DNA from: Burkholderiaceae bacterium
GTDB taxonomy: Bacteria; Pseudomonadota; Gammaproteobacteria; Burkholderiales; Burkholderiaceae_C
Direction: 5' to 3'
DNA length: 46,017 bases
Assembly (NCBI GenBank): GCA_019745615.1
Contig: JAIESZ010000110.1
Coordinates: 1-46,017, forward strand
In this document: in pieces, positions 44,395 through 46,017 of the stretch
Layout: every line of letters starts with the position of its first letter
Numbering within the stretch: position 1 is the first letter of the stretch
The notes under the pieces: generated by a model
The model's input: only the letters and a program-made list of their open reading frames with translations
Told to the model about the DNA's origin: nothing
The model's database searches: none
Made by a program: the position numbers and the translations under genes

Positions 44395-45963
44395 GTGGAC
44401 GCACCCGTTACCAAAAAGAAACTCGGCCTGAAAGAACGCTATATCGCCATGACGCGCGATTTGGCTTGGGACACCAGCTACCAGCCGATGGACAAAGTGT
44501 TCCCCTTCGACAAATACGAAGGCATCAAAATCCATGACTGGGACAAGTGGGAAGACCCCTTCCGCCTGACCATGGATGCCTACTGGAAGTACCAAGGCGA
44601 AAAAGAGAAAAAACTCTATGCCGTGATTGAGGCGTTTGCCCAAAACAACGGCCAGTTGAGCATCTCGGATGCACGCTATGTGAACGCGCTCAAGCTGTTC
44701 ATCCAAGGCGTGGTGCCGCTGGAGTATTACGCCCACCGTGGTTTTGCCCATGTGGGCCGCCACTTTACCGGTGCGGGTGCCCGCGTCGCCTCGCAAATGC
44801 AGGCCGTGGACGAGCTGCGCCACTTCCAAACCGAAACCCATGCCCTGTCGCACTACAACAAGTACTTCAACGGTATGCACAAGTCGAACCACTGGTTTGA
44901 CCGCGTGTGGTACCTGTCGGTGCCCAAGTCGTTCTTTGAAGATGCCTTGAGCAGCGGCCCGTTCGAGTTTCTCACTGCCGTGAGCTTCTCGTTTGAGTAT
45001 GTGCTGACCAATCTGCTGTTTGTGCCCTTCATGAGCGGTGCAGCGCACAACGGCGATATGTCTACCGTGACCTTTGGCTTCTCGGCCCAGTCCGACGAAT
45101 CGCGCCACATGACTTTGGGCATTGAGTGCATCAAGTTCATGCTGGAGCAAGACCCCGACAACGTGCCGATTGTGCAGCGCTGGATCGACAAATGGTTCTG
45201 GCGCGGCTACCGCGTGCTGACGCTGGTGGCCATGATGCAAGACTACATGCTGCCCAAGCGCGTGATGAGCTGGAAAGAAGCGTGGGAAATGTACGCCGAG
45301 CAAAACGGCGGCGCGCTGTTCCGCGACTTGGCCCGTTATGGCATCCGTGAGCCTAAGGGCTGGAAACAAGCCTGCGAAGGCAAAGACCATATCAGCCACC
45401 AAGCGTGGAACACCTTCTACAACTACTGCGCTGCTGCGCCCTTCCACACTTGGATTCCTAAGGAAGACGAAATGCAGTGGTTGTCTGAGAAGTACCCCGA
45501 CACCTTCGACAAGTACTACCGCCCCCGTCTGGAACACCTGCGCGAGCAGCAAGAGCAAGGCAACCGCTTCTATAACAAGACGCTGCCCATGCTGTGTACC
45601 ACTTGCCAAATCCCGATGGTGTTTACCGAGCCGGGCGACCCGACCAAAATCTGCTACCGCGAGACCGACTACCAAGGCGACAAGTACCACTTCTGTAGCG
45701 ACGGCTGCAAAGAGGTGTTCGAGCACGAGCCAGAAAAGTACATCCAGTCGTGGCTGCCAGTACACCAGATTTATCAGGGCAACTGCTTCCCAGAGGGCAC
45801 TGACCCCACGGCTGAAGGCTTTGACCCGCTGATGGCTGTGTTGCAGTGGTACCAGCTCAACGTGGGGCAAGACAACTTCGATTTTGAAGGATCGGAAGAC
45901 CAAAAGAACTTTGCAGCTTGGCGCGGTGAAGAACTGCCCAGCGCAGACCAAGGAGCCAAATAA
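44395..45963 (+). CDS. dmpN: Phenol hydroxylase alpha (di-iron) subunit P3 with YHS domain
   Basis: Two DExRH motifs (DELRH, DESRH), WEDPFRLT, YHFCSDGC. Confidence 0.97.
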   Translation: MDAPVTKKKLGLKERYIAMTRDLAWDTSYQPMDKVFPFDKYEGIKIHDWDKWEDPFRLTMDAYWKYQGEKEKKLYAVIEAFAQNNGQLSISDARYVNALKLFIQGVVPLEYYAHRGFAHVGRHFTGAGARVASQMQAVDELRHFQTETHALSHYNKYFNGMHKSNHWFDRVWYLSVPKSFFEDALSSGPFEFLTAVSFSFEYVLTNLLFVPFMSGAAHNGDMSTVTFGFSAQSDESRHMTLGIECIKFMLEQDPDNVPIVQRWIDKWFWRGYRVLTLVAMMQDYMLPKRVMSWKEAWEMYAEQNGGALFRDLARYGIREPKGWKQACEGKDHISHQAWNTFYNYCAAAPFHTWIPKEDEMQWLSEKYPDTFDKYYRPRLEHLREQQEQGNRFYNKTLPMLCTTCQIPMVFTEPGDPTKICYRETDYQGDKYHFCSDGCKEVFEHEPEKYIQSWLPVHQIYQGNCFPEGTDPTAEGFDPLMAVLQWYQLNVGQDNFDFEGSEDQKNFAAWRGEELPSADQGAK

Positions 45964-46017
45964 ATGAGCGTCGTTGCCCTCAAACCCTACGATTTCCCGG
46001 CCAAGGATGTGCGCGCC
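45964..46017 (+). CDS. dmpO: Phenol hydroxylase subunit P4 (5' fragment)
   Basis: MSVVALKPYDFPAKD directly after dmpN. Confidence 0.8.
   Translation, partial: MSVVALKPYDFPAKDVRA

Noticed and set aside
44116-45951. 611-aa minus-strand ORF and other long antisense ORFs (e.g. 1250-2113, 20671-21429, 35810-36634, 42671-43444)
   Set aside because: Shadow frames opposite well-supported genes in GC-rich, codon-biased DNA; no recognisable motifs.

Overview
Betaproteobacterial chromosome segment, probably Comamonadaceae (inferred from the aphS/aphR/phenol-hydroxylase layout). The left arm (1-15.2 kb) is housekeeping: a FlgO-family lipoprotein pair, pgk, azlCD, fmt-def, LysM-dprA, DUF1631, yajC-secDF and an unusual multi-CxxC membrane protein. 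The centre (15,239-30,804) holds two different filamentous (inovirus) prophages in tandem, about 9.0 and 6.5 kb. Each has a small resolvase-type serine recombinase, Zot/pI, pVI, pIII, coat, SSB, Rep and a divergent repressor, as in Ralstonia phiRSM phages. Their att arms mimic a tRNA-Ser 3' end, yet no tRNA is present at this site. The right arm carries TetR, MATE, a DUF4239-like protein, two chemoreceptors, an MBL hydrolase, an IS200 remnant, an SPFH protein and a sigma54-controlled multicomponent phenol hydroxylase operon (truncated at dmpO). Top observation: attP lies inside each repressor gene, and in the reconstructed excised circles both repressor ORFs run stop-free through an intrinsic terminator, while integration supplies a stop codon. 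This is a candidate integration-dependent, non-stop-mRNA/tmRNA immunity switch. Other highlights: a covarying 57-nt hairpin leader of the coat gene with an alternative pairing, a 95-bp near-identical non-coding element, an 11-bp duplication that frameshifts one Rep, a coat-protein paralog with an acidic tail, a fully recoded conserved Zot tail motif, overprinted microproteins and parS-like sites. All alignments and counts were done by eye; no database searches were run.
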